Positions 1 to 9,486 of a stretch of DNA of 32,464 bases are shown here, piece by piece. Position 1 is the stretch's first letter; each line of letters begins with the position of its first letter. A program made the position numbers and the translations under genes. Origin of the DNA: Candidatus Tenderia sp. Lineage in GTDB: Bacteria > Pseudomonadota > Gammaproteobacteria > Tenderiales > Tenderiaceae. A model generated the notes under the pieces. The model saw nothing but the letters and a program-made list of their open reading frames with translations, was not told the origin of the DNA and searched no databases. Location: assembly GCA_031416075.1 (NCBI GenBank), contig JANOSY010000023.1:1-32464 (forward strand). The letters are read 5' to 3'.

Positions 1-2
1 AT

Positions 3-1862
3 GAGAAGTCGAAGTTCGATGAAAAGGTCGATGAGTTGGCTCAGGGATACGTCACGTCTCAGATGCGGAAGTCGGAAAACGTCGAGATCGTGAAGAAGAT
101 CGCTCAGCGTGAAAATCGCACGTTTGACGATTTGATGAAGGAACTCTCTTTCGAAGAAGTGGAAGCTCTGAAAAAGAAATGGGGCACGACCGGCGACATC
201 TTCGAAGCCGAACAGCGGATCGAAGCCATCGCTGCCGACATGGTGCAGCACTACATCGAGAACATTCTGCCAAACGGGTTCAAGGCTCAGGTCGTTTGCA
301 GCACCAAGATGGCCACCGTCACGTACAAGAAGTTCATCGACCAAGCGATTGCCGAACGGCTGGCGGAAGAACAGGCGAAACCGGAGTGGACCGGTGATCC
401 AAAGTTGCTGGCAAGTGAAGATCGCTCGAAGTATCGGAACGAGGAACTTTGCAAGAAGATCGCCTTTCTGAAATCGGCGGTTGTCGTTTCGTCAGAAGGA
501 ACCAATGAACGAGCGGTGATCACGGAAGCTCGGAAACATGGTCAGTCCATTGATGAAGTGGAAAACTTCAAGAGAAAATTCAACTACGACGAACCGGAAA
601 AGGTCAACACCGGCGTAGCGTTTCTGATCGTCTGTGACATGCTGCTGACGGGGTTTGATGCACCCATTGAGCAGGTGATGTACATCGACAAAAGGATCAA
701 GGAGCACAGCTTGCTGCAGGCGATTGCCCGCACCAATCGAGTGAAGAAGGGTAAGCAGCGTGGTTATGTTGTCGATTACATCGGTCTGACCAATAACCTG
801 ACCGATGCCTTGACGCTCTATGCCGCCGCCGATGAACAGCAGGAGTTGGCGCAGGGGTTGAAGAGTATCTCCTCTGAAGTGCCGGTGCTGGAGGAGCGTT
901 ATCAACGTCTGTTGCAGTTGTTTGCCGAGCACAAGGTGGCGCGGGTGCGTGAATTTGTTGAAGGCATGTTGCCAAACATTGAAGCGGATGCGGCGGTGGT
1001 GCATGAGGCGGTAAAATTGCTGAAGGATGAAAAGATTCGTGCTGACTTTGATGTCTATCTGAAAAAATTCCTGATGAGTATGGATATCATTCTGCCCCAT
1101 AAGGCGGCCCATCCGTATCGGGTGCCCGCCAAGCGTTTGGGTTATATCCTGCGTGTGACCAAAGAGCGTTACAAGGATGAGAGTCTGAATCTGGGTGATG
1201 CTGGGCAGAAGGTGCGTGATCTGATCAACGAACATCTAATCAGCCTGGGGATTAACCCCAAGGTGCCGCCGGTTGAGCTGTTGTCTGAAGATTTTATTAA
1301 TCAGCTTAATCAGCATGCAGCGGGTAATGCCGAGGCCAAGGCCAGCGAAATGGAACATGCCATTCGTAAACACTGCACCGTGCACCATGACGAAGATCCG
1401 GCGTTCTATAAGAGTCTGTCGCAAAAGGTCGAGAACCTGATCGACCAGTATCAGGATCAGTGGGAGAAGCTGGCCGAGGAGCTGGAGAAGCTGCGTACAG
1501 TGGCGATTGAAGGGCGCAAACAGGGCGAGGAAGGGATGAGTCGCGAAGCGTCTACCTTCTTTGATCATATTGCCAATGAGGCGTTTGAGGGCGGTAAAGT
1601 GCCGCCTGCTGCGAAACTAAAGATGAGGGCGCTGATGGAGGCCATTGTCGAAACTCTGCAAGAGAGTATTGCCAGCATCGATTTCTGGAACAACAGCGAC
1701 AAACAAAAAAAGACTCGCAGTGAAATCAAAACTGCGCTGACCCTGACCGGTATCCCGGAGTTGAAAGCTAAACGCGAACGCATCGCTATCGAGATTATGA
1801 AACTGGCCAAGAACCGTCACGATGAATTGTTGAAAGGCGCGGCGGGAGGTGACAACGCATGA
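3..1862 (+). CDS. hsdR: Type I restriction endonuclease subunit R, C-terminal part (5' truncated by window edge)
   Basis: Frame is open from position 3 to TGA 1860-1862. SF2 helicase motifs typical of HsdR: FKAQVVCS, FLIVCDMLLTGFDAP, VMYIDK, LLQAIARTNRV, GYVVDYIG, followed by a helical C-terminal region. Confidence 0.93.
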   Translation, partial: EKSKFDEKVDELAQGYVTSQMRKSENVEIVKKIAQRENRTFDDLMKELSFEEVEALKKKWGTTGDIFEAEQRIEAIAADMVQHYIENILPNGFKAQVVCSTKMATVTYKKFIDQAIAERLAEEQAKPEWTGDPKLLASEDRSKYRNEELCKKIAFLKSAVVVSSEGTNERAVITEARKHGQSIDEVENFKRKFNYDEPEKVNTGVAFLIVCDMLLTGFDAPIEQVMYIDKRIKEHSLLQAIARTNRVKKGKQRGYVVDYIGLTNNLTDALTLYAAADEQQELAQGLKSISSEVPVLEERYQRLLQLFAEHKVARVREFVEGMLPNIEADAAVVHEAVKLLKDEKIRADFDVYLKKFLMSMDIILPHKAAHPYRVPAKRLGYILRVTKERYKDESLNLGDAGQKVRDLINEHLISLGINPKVPPVELLSEDFINQLNQHAAGNAEAKASEMEHAIRKHCTVHHDEDPAFYKSLSQKVENLIDQYQDQWEKLAEELEKLRTVAIEGRKQGEEGMSREASTFFDHIANEAFEGGKVPPAAKLKMRALMEAIVETLQESIASIDFWNNSDKQKKTRSEIKTALTLTGIPELKAKRERIAIEIMKLAKNRHDELLKGAAGGDNA

Positions 1863-2566
1863 ACGCACGACGTGTAAGAGACATTGAATACCAGTTGCTG
1901 CCCGGCACCGATCGCGACACCACCGATATTGTTATCGAACGCGACGGTGTTATTGCCGTTCGCCCACCGGCGGATTACACCCCGGAACAGGTCGATGCGG
2001 TGGTTGAAAGCAAGCGCATGTGGATCTATCGCAATCTGGCCGAGTGGAAGGATCTGAACGCCAGCGCCGTGGTGCGAGAATGGGTCAATGGTGAAACTTT
2101 TTTATACCTTGGGCGTGCCTATCGGCTGTCGCTGGTATCCGATCAGGAGTGCGCTTTGCAGTTGAAGGAGGGGCGCTTTTGTCTGAGCCGCGCGGTGATA
2201 GAGCAGGGCGGAATCGATGCGGCCAGGCAGGCGTTTGAGTCCTATTTTAGTGACAAGGGTATGCAGCGGCTAATAGAACGAGTTGTCTATTTCGCGCCTA
2301 AAGTGGGCGTTAATATTGCCGGTATTAAAGTGAAAGAGATGGGTTACCGTTGGGCCAGTTGTGGCAAGAATGGCACTCTCAACTTTCACTGGAAGTGCAT
2401 GATGGCTCCACCACGCATCATCGACTACATCGTTGTGCACGAGCTGTGTCACCTTCATCACCGCAATCATACCGATGCTTTCTGGAATGAGGTGGATAAG
2501 GTGATGCCGGATTATCGCGAGCGGAAGGAGTGGCTGCGAAAACACGGGGCGAGCTTGGCGGTGTAG
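1859..2566 (+). CDS. M48/YgjP-like (DUF45) zinc metallohydrolase accompanying the type I RM locus
   Basis: RWASC, LNFHWK and DYIVVHELCH (HExxH) ... NHTDAFW motifs; ATGA overlap with the hsdR stop; GGAGG upstream. Confidence 0.9.
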   Translation: MNARRVRDIEYQLLPGTDRDTTDIVIERDGVIAVRPPADYTPEQVDAVVESKRMWIYRNLAEWKDLNASAVVREWVNGETFLYLGRAYRLSLVSDQECALQLKEGRFCLSRAVIEQGGIDAARQAFESYFSDKGMQRLIERVVYFAPKVGVNIAGIKVKEMGYRWASCGKNGTLNFHWKCMMAPPRIIDYIVVHELCHLHHRNHTDAFWNEVDKVMPDYRERKEWLRKHGASLAV

Positions 2567-2706
2567 CTGTTAGGGTCGCGCATGCGTATTCGGACAAGTT
2601 TTCCGCTGTGATCCAGATTTGCCAGGGAGCTTGGGCGTTGAGCCTCCGAAATGTTCAGCCCTGTCGGACGGAGTCATACGCCATAATCGCCTGCTAGCGG
2701 GTTATC

Positions 2707-2787
2707 TCATTCGTGCGCGGGAGCATGGGAATGAATATGGATATTAGTATTGGCTGAGATATTGATTCCCACAAGGTTCCGTGGGAA
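2707..2787. repeat. Two degenerate REP-like palindromes between convergent genes
   Basis: TTCCCAC-aaggttcc-GTGGGAA at 2766-2787 and TCATTC...GGGAATGA at 2707-2734. Both resemble the TTCCCACGC..GCGTGGGAA palindrome family. Confidence 0.45.
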
Positions 2788-2803
2788 CCAAGAGACGAGC
2801 TGT

Positions 2804-3433
2804 TTAATCCACCAACCCACTGCGCTGATGCAACTCCTGCCAGCTATTCACAATGTTGCAGAAGAGGTCGGCGGTCTTTTCGGTATCGTAGATGGCGGAG
2901 TGGGCGGCTTCGTTATCCCATTTGAAACCTGCCGCCTGTACCGCTTTGGCAAGCACGGTCTGGCCGTAGGCCAAACCGCCGAGGGTGGCGGTATCAAAGC
3001 TGCTGAAGGCGTGGAAGGGACTTTTGACCTTGGTACGTTTGACGGCGGCGTTCAGAAACCCCAGGTCAAAGAAGGGGTTGTGGCCCACCAGGATGGCGCG
3101 ACTACAACCGCTCTCCTTGATCTCCTGACGTATGGGTTCAAAGATTTTTTCCAGTGCCTCAGCCTCTTGCATCGCGTCACGGAAGGGGTGGTGGGGGTCG
3201 ATGCCGTTGAAGGCGAGGGAGGCTTCGTCCAGATTGGCTCCGGGGAAGGGGGCCACGTGACAGTCGTGGGTCTGATGGCGATAGAGCATCCCCTGTTCAT
3301 CCATGCGTAGTACGACGGCGGCAATCTCTAGCAGGGCGTCAGTGTCCGCGTTGAAACCGGCGGTTTCAACATCGATGACAACAGGCAGAAAGCCACGAAA
3401 ACGGTCGGCGATGCGGTAGGTAGAATCAGACAT
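2804..3433 (-). CDS. rnt: Ribonuclease T (DEDDh exonuclease)
   Basis: [56 protein letters not shown]. Start placed at ATG 3433 (MSDSTYR), 10 nt after the pyrC stop. Confidence 0.96.
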   Translation of the reverse strand: MSDSTYRIADRFRGFLPVVIDVETAGFNADTDALLEIAAVVLRMDEQGMLYRHQTHDCHVAPFPGANLDEASLAFNGIDPHHPFRDAMQEAEALEKIFEPIRQEIKESGCSRAILVGHNPFFDLGFLNAAVKRTKVKSPFHAFSSFDTATLGGLAYGQTVLAKAVQAAGFKWDNEAAHSAIYDTEKTADLFCNIVNSWQELHQRSGLVD

Positions 3434-3443
3434 GAGGCAGTGA

Positions 3444-4493
3444 TTATCCTTTGTTGTGGGTCTGTAGCAGCTGCCAGGTGAGGTTGCCACCGGCGCGGAG
3501 TGGGACGACGGTTTCGTCCCCTAAGGGGTATGACTTGGGCACGGCCCACTCCTGACGGACCAGCGAGACCGTCTCGCTGTTGACCGGCAGGCCGTAGAAG
3601 CGGGGGCCGTGGCGGCTGGCAAAACCATCCAGCTGGCCCAGTGCGCCGGCGTTGTAGAAGGCCTCAGCATAGAGCTCGATGGCACCAAAGGCGGTATATA
3701 TGCCGGCGCAGCCGCAGTCGGACTCTTTGGCCGAACGGGTGTGTGGCGCGCTATCGGTACCGAGAAAAAACTTGGGGTTGCCACTGGTGGCAACCTTGAC
3801 CAGCGCCTGGCGGTGCTTTTCGCGTTTGAGCACGGGCAGGCAGTAGTGGTGTGGCTGAATGCCCCCCACCAGCATATCGTTGCGGTTCATTAGCAGATGG
3901 TGGGCGGTGATGGTGGCGGCCAGATTATCGGGGCCGTAGAGCACAAAATCGGCGGCATCGCGGGTGGTGATGTGTTCAAAAACCACTTTTAGTTTGGGAA
4001 AACGCTCCAGCAGTGGGGCCAGCTTCTGGTCGATGAAGAGCTTTTCGCGGTCGAAAATATCCACATGGCTGTCGGTGATTTCGCCATGAATCAGGAGCGG
4101 CATGCCCACTTCTTCCATTACTGCCAGGGTGTCGTAAACCTTGGCGAGATCGGTGACACCAGAGTCAGCGTTGGTGGTAGCCCCTGCTGGATAGAGTTTG
4201 ACGCCATGTACAAAACCGCAGGCCTTGGCACGGCGAATCTCATCACCACTGGTGGTGTCGGTGAGGTAGAGCGTCATCAGGGGTTCAAAGTGGGAGCCGC
4301 TGGGGCGGGCATCCAGAATCCGTTGGCGATAGGCGAGCGCCGCCTCAGTGGTGGTGACGGGTGGACGTAGGTTGGGCATGACGATGGCGCGACCAAATTG
4401 GGCTGCGACGTGTGGCACGGTGGTGGCGAGGGCGGCACCGTCACGTAGATGGATATGCCAGTCGTCAGGGCGGGTGAGGGTGAGGTGTTCCAC
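3444..4493 (-). CDS. pyrC: Dihydroorotase (homodimeric type)
   Basis: [49 protein letters not shown]. Confidence 0.97.
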   Translation of the reverse strand: MEHLTLTRPDDWHIHLRDGAALATTVPHVAAQFGRAIVMPNLRPPVTTTEAALAYRQRILDARPSGSHFEPLMTLYLTDTTSGDEIRRAKACGFVHGVKLYPAGATTNADSGVTDLAKVYDTLAVMEEVGMPLLIHGEITDSHVDIFDREKLFIDQKLAPLLERFPKLKVVFEHITTRDAADFVLYGPDNLAATITAHHLLMNRNDMLVGGIQPHHYCLPVLKREKHRQALVKVATSGNPKFFLGTDSAPHTRSAKESDCGCAGIYTAFGAIELYAEAFYNAGALGQLDGFASRHGPRFYGLPVNSETVSLVRQEWAVPKSYPLGDETVVPLRAGGNLTWQLLQTHNKG

Positions 4494-4526
4494 AAAGTGC
4501 TCCCGGGATTGAAATAAATTTTGGCC

Positions 4527-4535
4527 ATTATGCCA
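4527..4535 (-). promoter_or_regulatory. Possible extended -10 promoter for pyrC-rnt
   Basis: Minus strand reads TGG-CATAAT about 35 nt upstream of the pyrC GTG. Confidence 0.35.
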
Positions 4536-4672
4536 TTTTGCGCCCTTTCTCGACGCCTCGATTTGGAGTTGCTACAATTAACTTTCGATTAGTAAGGTTA
4601 TTTCCAGGACATTGCTGGAGGGCTGTTTGTGTCGACAGGCGGGCCTCTTGCAATATTACAGAGAGCAAATTC

Positions 4673-5191
4673 ATGTTACTGAAAAAACTGATGTTTCTAA
4701 TAGCGATGGGCGTGGCGATGCCGGTATTGGCGCAAAAATGCGACTCTGACAAGCCCGCTACTGCGCCGCTAAACCACTTTAAGGTGAGTGCTGATGGTGC
4801 CACTATCACTAATATTAAGAGTCAGCAGACCTGGTTGCGCTGTAGTTTAGGCATGGCATGGACGGAAAACGGTTGTGAAGGCAACTCCCTGACCTACAGC
4901 CTGGCAGCGGCTGAGGCAGCGGTGGACAATCTGAACGCGCATCAGGTGGCAGGGCGTACCAATTGGCGTCTGCCTACGGTGGAGGAATTGAGCACTATTG
5001 TTGAGCAGCGCTGTTTTCAACCGGCCATCAATCTTGAGGCCTTTCCCAGCTCGCCAGAGTCTGGGTTCTGGAGCAGTACTGTTGCCGCCGGTATCAACGC
5101 TCGTGCCTGGGTGGTGCACTTTCTCCATGGTCAACGTTATATCGCCAATACCCAGCAGAGCTGGCGTGTACGCCCGGTTGCGGACAAATAG
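4673..5191 (+). CDS. Secreted DUF1566 (Lcl C-terminal) domain protein
   Basis: Signal peptide MLLKKLMFLIAMGVAMPVLAQ; WLRCSLG, NWRLPTVEEL, PAIN..FP, FWSST, AWVVHF, VRPV motifs. ATG 4673 preferred over the ORF-track start at 4538. Confidence 0.85.
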   Translation: MLLKKLMFLIAMGVAMPVLAQKCDSDKPATAPLNHFKVSADGATITNIKSQQTWLRCSLGMAWTENGCEGNSLTYSLAAAEAAVDNLNAHQVAGRTNWRLPTVEELSTIVEQRCFQPAINLEAFPSSPESGFWSSTVAAGINARAWVVHFLHGQRYIANTQQSWRVRPVADK

Positions 5192-5222
5192 CAGGGGCTG
5201 ATGAGTGAATGAGTAGTTAGAG

Positions 5223-5253
5223 ACGCCGGGCGAATCCCGGCGTTGCTATTTTT
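5223..5253 (+). terminator. Intrinsic terminator after the DUF1566 gene
   Basis: Perfect 8-bp stem ACGCCGGG-cgaat-CCCGGCGT followed by tgctattttt. Confidence 0.65.
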
Positions 5254-5312
5254 AAGGGTCAGTTTAAGGATGGGGTAGAATGGCGCTATTGTGTGGCAGG
5301 AGCGGAAGATAG

Positions 5313-6092
5313 ATGCGCATTGCGTTGGGCGTAGAGTATGACGGTAGCGTTTTTTGTGGCTGGCAGCTTCAGGACCATTCGCCCTCGGTGCAGGCGGTGG
5401 TGGAGCGGGCGCTATCCAAGGTGGCCAATGGCGCGGTGCGGGTAATCTGCGCGGGTCGTACCGATACTGGGGTGCACGCCACTGAGCAGGTGATTCACTT
5501 CGATGCCAGTGTTGAGCGCTCGATGCACTCCTGGGTCCACGGGGCCAATGCCAATCTGCCCAAGGAGGTGACGATCCTCTGGGCGATGCCTGTCAGTGAT
5601 GAGTTTCACGCCCGTTTTAGTGCAGTGGGGCGCAGCTATCGCTACGTAATCTGCAACCGTTCCGTACGCCCCGCGTTTCTTGCCGGACGTACGACCTGGG
5701 AGTATCGCCCGCTGGTAGTGGAGCGCATGGCAGCAGCGGGAGAAAGTTTGATTGGTGAGCACGACTTTACCTCTTACCGTGCCCAAGGGTGCCAGGCCAA
5801 AAACCCGGTGCGGTCGGTGCGCCAGCTGGAGGTGAGCCGTCGTGATGAGCTGGTGTTTATCGATATCGAGGCCAACGCCTTTTTGCACCATATGGTGCGT
5901 AATATTGCCGGTGTACTGATGGCGATAGGGGCAGGGGAGCGACCGGTAGAGTGGGCGCAGCAGGTATTGCAGCAGCGTAACCGCAGTGTGGGCGGCGTGA
6001 CGTCGTTGCCCCACGGTCTCTATCTGAGGCATGTCCAATACCCACCACAGTTTGAGTTGCCCGCGCGTCGGGCCAGCGCCCTCATCTGGTGA
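5313..6092 (+). CDS. truA: tRNA pseudouridine(38-40) synthase
   Basis: MRIALGVEYDGS, CAGRTDTGVHA, FHARFSA, GEHDFTSYRA, ANAFLHHMVRNI. Confidence 0.97.
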   Translation: MRIALGVEYDGSVFCGWQLQDHSPSVQAVVERALSKVANGAVRVICAGRTDTGVHATEQVIHFDASVERSMHSWVHGANANLPKEVTILWAMPVSDEFHARFSAVGRSYRYVICNRSVRPAFLAGRTTWEYRPLVVERMAAAGESLIGEHDFTSYRAQGCQAKNPVRSVRQLEVSRRDELVFIDIEANAFLHHMVRNIAGVLMAIGAGERPVEWAQQVLQQRNRSVGGVTSLPHGLYLRHVQYPPQFELPARRASALIW

Positions 6093-6141
6093 GGGCATGA
6101 GAGGGCAAATAAATTCCGCTTAAAAAGTAATATTATTTCGT

Positions 6142-6155
6142 TTGATGGCTATCTA
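6142..6155 (+). promoter_or_regulatory. Candidate FNR/Anr/Dnr-family box
   Basis: TTGAT-ggct-ATCTA, 9/10 match to TTGAT-N4-ATCAA, inside an AT-rich promoter-like tract (6105-6200). Confidence 0.45.
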
Positions 6156-6189
6156 ATCCGGATCTTCACGTATATTATGTAGTTGTATA

Positions 6190-6338
6190 TTTTGTAAGGT
6201 TAATGACGAGTCTCCCAGCTCACTTTCTAGTAAGTCTGGCCTTGCAAATCTACGTAGTAGCGGTGGCCCTCTCCTTTCCCCTCCAGAGTGGTAGCCGTGT
6301 TATTTCAGGGGAGAGCGCCAGGATGGCGTTCTCCTTTT
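6190..6338 (+). ncRNA. Candidate Hfq-type small RNA (5' end approximate)
   Basis: Promoter-like region upstream, CU-rich tract CCCTCTCCTTTCCCCTCC near 6267-6284, and its own intrinsic terminator. No convincing ORF fits inside. Confidence 0.4.
6307..6338 (+). terminator. Intrinsic terminator
   Basis: GGAGAGCGCCA-gga-TGGCGTTCTCC (11 bp, one G-U) followed by TTTT. Confidence 0.75.
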
Positions 6339-6441
6339 GTCTTCCTCGCTTTGCCCCCAGTTATATTCGCAGTGCTACATGGCGCAGACCGTACTAAGTT
6401 GCTAGTCTGAAAGCGTGGAATGACTTGACAGGAAACTACTC

Positions 6442-6612
6442 ATGAATACAAAACAGCAAACAGATCAATTGGTTGAGTTGGTTAAATGCGAATCCTGTAT
6501 GAAAGAGGTCCCGGCGTCTGGTGCCAAAAATGCCGAAACGGCTGATTATGTGGCTCATTTTTGTGGTTTGGCCTGTTTTGATACGTGGCGCAAACAGACA
6601 GAAAAGCGGTAA
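6442..6612 (+). CDS. 56-aa DUF3330-like CxxC/CxxxC metal-binding small protein (absent from ORF track)
   Basis: Manual translation MNTKQQTDQLVELVKCESCMKEVPASGAKNAETADYVAHFCGLACFDTWRKQTEKR*; AGGA RBS at 6430-6433; pattern CxxCxKE.P......E..DYV.HFCGLxC is characteristic of DUF3330. Confidence 0.85.
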   Translation: MNTKQQTDQLVELVKCESCMKEVPASGAKNAETADYVAHFCGLACFDTWRKQTEKR

Positions 6613-6682
6613 CCATCTGCCGTACAGTGCGCTCTGCCTCCGAATGGCCGTCGACCCAGTGAGTCGTCAGGTTGGGGGCCAG

Positions 6683-6720
6683 TTGAACGTAAATCTTTAA
6701 AATCTGATACTATTCCGCCC
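6683..6720 (+). promoter_or_regulatory. Probable sigma70 promoter for the trpF operon
   Basis: Extended -10 TGA-TACTAT (6705-6713), TTGAAC at 6683-6688 and a GC-rich discriminator TCCGCCC. Confidence 0.5.
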
Positions 6721-6743
6721 TTTAGTCTTAGCTGGATTGGTTG

Positions 6744-7361
6744 ATGCGGACACGGGTCAAAATCTGCGGTATTACCCGCCCTGAAGATGGACGCGTAGCG
6801 GCCAGCTTAGGTGCTGACGCCATTGGTCTGGTCTTCTATCCTATGAGTCCACGTGCTGTTACGCTGGCCCAAGCCCAGGCGGTAGTCGCTGTGCTACCTC
6901 CGTTTGTGACGACAGTGGCGCTTTTTGTTGACCCCGAGCCAGCGGAGGTGGAGGCAGTGCTGAGTGCGGTGGCCCCCGATCTGCTGCAGTTCCATGGTGG
7001 GGAGTCAGCAGCATTTTGTGGTCAGTTTGCCTGCCCCTGGATCAAAGCAGTGGCGATGCGTGAAGGGCTTGATCTGACAGCGTTTGTTGACGAGTATCGG
7101 CACGCCAGGGGGATCTTGTTGGATACCTATCGACCCGGTCTGCCGGGGGGGACCGGTGAGGTATTTGACTGGGATGCAATTCCGCCCGCGTTGGCGGGCC
7201 AGATTGTGCTTGCCGGGGGGTTGACGCCTGACAATATCGCAACGGCGATTGCCAAGGTGCGTCCCTACGCGGTTGACGTCAGTGGTGGTGTTGAGGCCAG
7301 CAAGGGGATTAAGGATGCGGCGTTGATGGCTGCCTTTTTCAAGAATGCTGCACTTTCTTGA
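6744..7361 (+). CDS. trpF: Phosphoribosylanthranilate isomerase
   Basis: MRTRVKICGIT, GADAIGLVFY..SPR, LLQFHG.E, GGTG..FDW, LAGGL, AVDVSGGVE. Confidence 0.97.
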   Translation: MRTRVKICGITRPEDGRVAASLGADAIGLVFYPMSPRAVTLAQAQAVVAVLPPFVTTVALFVDPEPAEVEAVLSAVAPDLLQFHGGESAAFCGQFACPWIKAVAMREGLDLTAFVDEYRHARGILLDTYRPGLPGGTGEVFDWDAIPPALAGQIVLAGGLTPDNIATAIAKVRPYAVDVSGGVEASKGIKDAALMAAFFKNAALS

Positions 7362-7394
7362 GCGTTAAAACAATAGAGCTAGGAGATGTGAGAC

Positions 7395-8594
7395 GTGTCG
7401 AAAGCGAACCTGCCTGACGCCAGTGGTCACTTTGGCCCTTACGGTGGCCGTTTTGTAGCGGAGACCTTGATGGAGCCGCTGGAGGAGTTGACTGCGGCCT
7501 ATGAGGCGATGAAACAGGATGCCAATTTTCAGGCAGAGTTTGATCGTGATCTGGCCCATTATGTGGGTCGCCCTTCGCCACTCTATTTTGCCGAGCGTTG
7601 GACCCGCATTCTGGGCGGTGCCAGGATCTATCTCAAACGTGAAGATCTTAACCACACTGGCGCACATAAGATCAACAATACCGTCGGTCAGGCGCTACTG
7701 GCCAAACGGCTGGGCAAGACCCGGATTATTGCCGAGACCGGTGCCGGTCAGCATGGCGTGGCCTCTGCCACTGTTGCGGCCCGTCTGGGGCTGGAGTGTG
7801 TGGTCTATATGGGGGCCGAGGATGTGCAGCGCCAGGCGCTGAATGTCTACCGCATGAAGCTACTGGGGGCTACGGTGGTGGCAGTCACCTCCGGTACTAA
7901 AACCCTGAAAGATGCAATGAATGAGGCGATGCGTGACTGGGTCACCAACGTTGATGACACCTATTACATTATCGGTACCGCCAGCGGCCCCCACCCCTAT
8001 CCGGCCATGGTGCGCGATTTTCAGTCGATTATCGGCCGCGAGGCGAGACAGCAGATTCTTGAGGCCGAAGGGCGTCTGCCTGATGCGCTGGTCGCCTGCG
8101 TGGGCGGTGGCTCCAATGCGATTGGCCTCTTTTACCCCTTTCTGGATGAGTCGCAGGTTGCCATGTATGGGGTGGAGGCGGGTGGTGAAGGGGTTGGCAG
8201 CGGTCTGCACGCGGCCCGTTTTGCTACGGGTCGTCCAGGTGTTTTTCAGGGGGTCCGCACCTACCTGTTGGAGGATGAGAATGGCCAGATCATGGCTACC
8301 CACTCTGTCTCCGCCGGTTTGGACTATGCCGGGGTCGGTCCCGAGCACGCTTGGCTCCACGATGAGGGGCGCGTTAGCTATGTCTCGGCGACCGATACTG
8401 AGGCGCTTCAGGCCTTCCACGATCTGACCCGTTTTGAGGGGATAATGCCGGCGCTGGAGTCGAGCCACGCCTTGGCCCATGTCACCAGGCTGGCACCACA
8501 GATGGATAGCGAGAAGATTATTATCGTGAATGTCTCCGGACGGGGTGATAAAGATATCCATACCGTTGCTGGACTGGAAGGGATCAAGGTATGA
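7395..8594 (+). CDS. trpB: Tryptophan synthase beta chain
   Basis: [55 protein letters not shown]. Confidence 0.98.
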   Translation: MSKANLPDASGHFGPYGGRFVAETLMEPLEELTAAYEAMKQDANFQAEFDRDLAHYVGRPSPLYFAERWTRILGGARIYLKREDLNHTGAHKINNTVGQALLAKRLGKTRIIAETGAGQHGVASATVAARLGLECVVYMGAEDVQRQALNVYRMKLLGATVVAVTSGTKTLKDAMNEAMRDWVTNVDDTYYIIGTASGPHPYPAMVRDFQSIIGREARQQILEAEGRLPDALVACVGGGSNAIGLFYPFLDESQVAMYGVEAGGEGVGSGLHAARFATGRPGVFQGVRTYLLEDENGQIMATHSVSAGLDYAGVGPEHAWLHDEGRVSYVSATDTEALQAFHDLTRFEGIMPALESSHALAHVTRLAPQMDSEKIIIVNVSGRGDKDIHTVAGLEGIKV

Positions 8595-9394
8595 GCCGTA
8601 TTGCCCACCGATTTGCTGAATTGAAAACCCAGGGCCGTAAGGCGTTGATCCCCTTTGTGACGGCCGGGGATCCTAATCCCGCCGTGACAGTGCCACTGAT
8701 GCACGCCATGGTGACGGCGGGTGCCGACCTGCTGGAGCTGGGGGTGCCGTTTTCTGACCCGATGGCTGAAGGGCCGACTATCCAGAAGGCGTGCGAGCGG
8801 GCGCTGCTGCATAACGTTAGCCTGCGTGATGTATTGGCGATGGTAAAAGAGTTCCGCCAGACCGATAGTCAGACCCCGGTGGTATTGATGGGATACATGA
8901 ATCCGGTGGAGGTGATGGGGTATCAGAACTTCGCCCGGGCGGCGGCTGAGGCGGGGGTGGATGGTCTGCTGACGGTGGATATGCCGCCGGAAGAGGCGGT
9001 TGATCTGGTGGCTGCCCTGGTGGCGGTTGAGATTGCCCCTATTTTTCTGCTGGCCCCCACTACGATGGATACCCGTATGGCGATGATCTGCGCGGCGGCC
9101 CGTGGTTTTGTATATTACGTCTCCCTGAAAGGGGTGACCGGTGCGGCGAATCTGGACATTGATCGGGTAGAGCAGAAGATGGAGCAGATTCGGCGGCATA
9201 CCCAGATTCCCATCGGTGTTGGTTTTGGGATTCGTGATGCCGAGTCTGCCAGACGGGTTGCCGCTGTGGCTGATGCGGTGGTGGTAGGTAGCGCGGTGGT
9301 GAACCGTGTGGCTGAGAATGCCGAGCAGCCGGAGAAAATTCAGGAAGCTGTCTGTAGCCTGCTGCGCGAGATGCGCGCGGCGATGGATAGCTGA
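8591..9394 (+). CDS. trpA: Tryptophan synthase alpha chain
   Basis: [42 protein letters not shown]; ATGA overlap with trpB. Confidence 0.98.
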   Translation: MSRIAHRFAELKTQGRKALIPFVTAGDPNPAVTVPLMHAMVTAGADLLELGVPFSDPMAEGPTIQKACERALLHNVSLRDVLAMVKEFRQTDSQTPVVLMGYMNPVEVMGYQNFARAAAEAGVDGLLTVDMPPEEAVDLVAALVAVEIAPIFLLAPTTMDTRMAMICAAARGFVYYVSLKGVTGAANLDIDRVEQKMEQIRRHTQIPIGVGFGIRDAESARRVAAVADAVVVGSAVVNRVAENAEQPEKIQEAVCSLLREMRAAMDS

Positions 9395-9486
9395 TTTTAC
9401 TCAAAAACAGGGCGGGCGTTGGCCTGTAAGTGCCTTGGATTTTATGAGGCTGCGATGCGGCGCTTCAAAACAGGAAATGAGCACCA

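Noticed and set aside
1-700. Possible mosaic hsdR (TCGA-rich 5' part)
   Set aside because: TCGA is denser in the first 430 nt but recurs near the 3' end; too weak without a computed composition test.
2750-3310. Long antisense or alternate-frame ORFs (this one, plus 492-1235, 5412-6098, 8408-9199, 10906-11700 and others)
   Set aside because: Shadow ORFs of well-supported genes, with no motifs or RBS.
6320-6385. GATGGCGTTC resembles the fluoride (crcB) riboswitch core
   Set aside because: P1 pairs poorly, the downstream GCTGATGAC-type pseudoknot partner is missing, and the bases are better explained as the terminator stem.
6203-6397. 64-aa ORF as a trp leader peptide or type I toxin
   Set aside because: Only one late Trp codon, it runs through the terminator, and it is separated from trpF by another gene and promoter.
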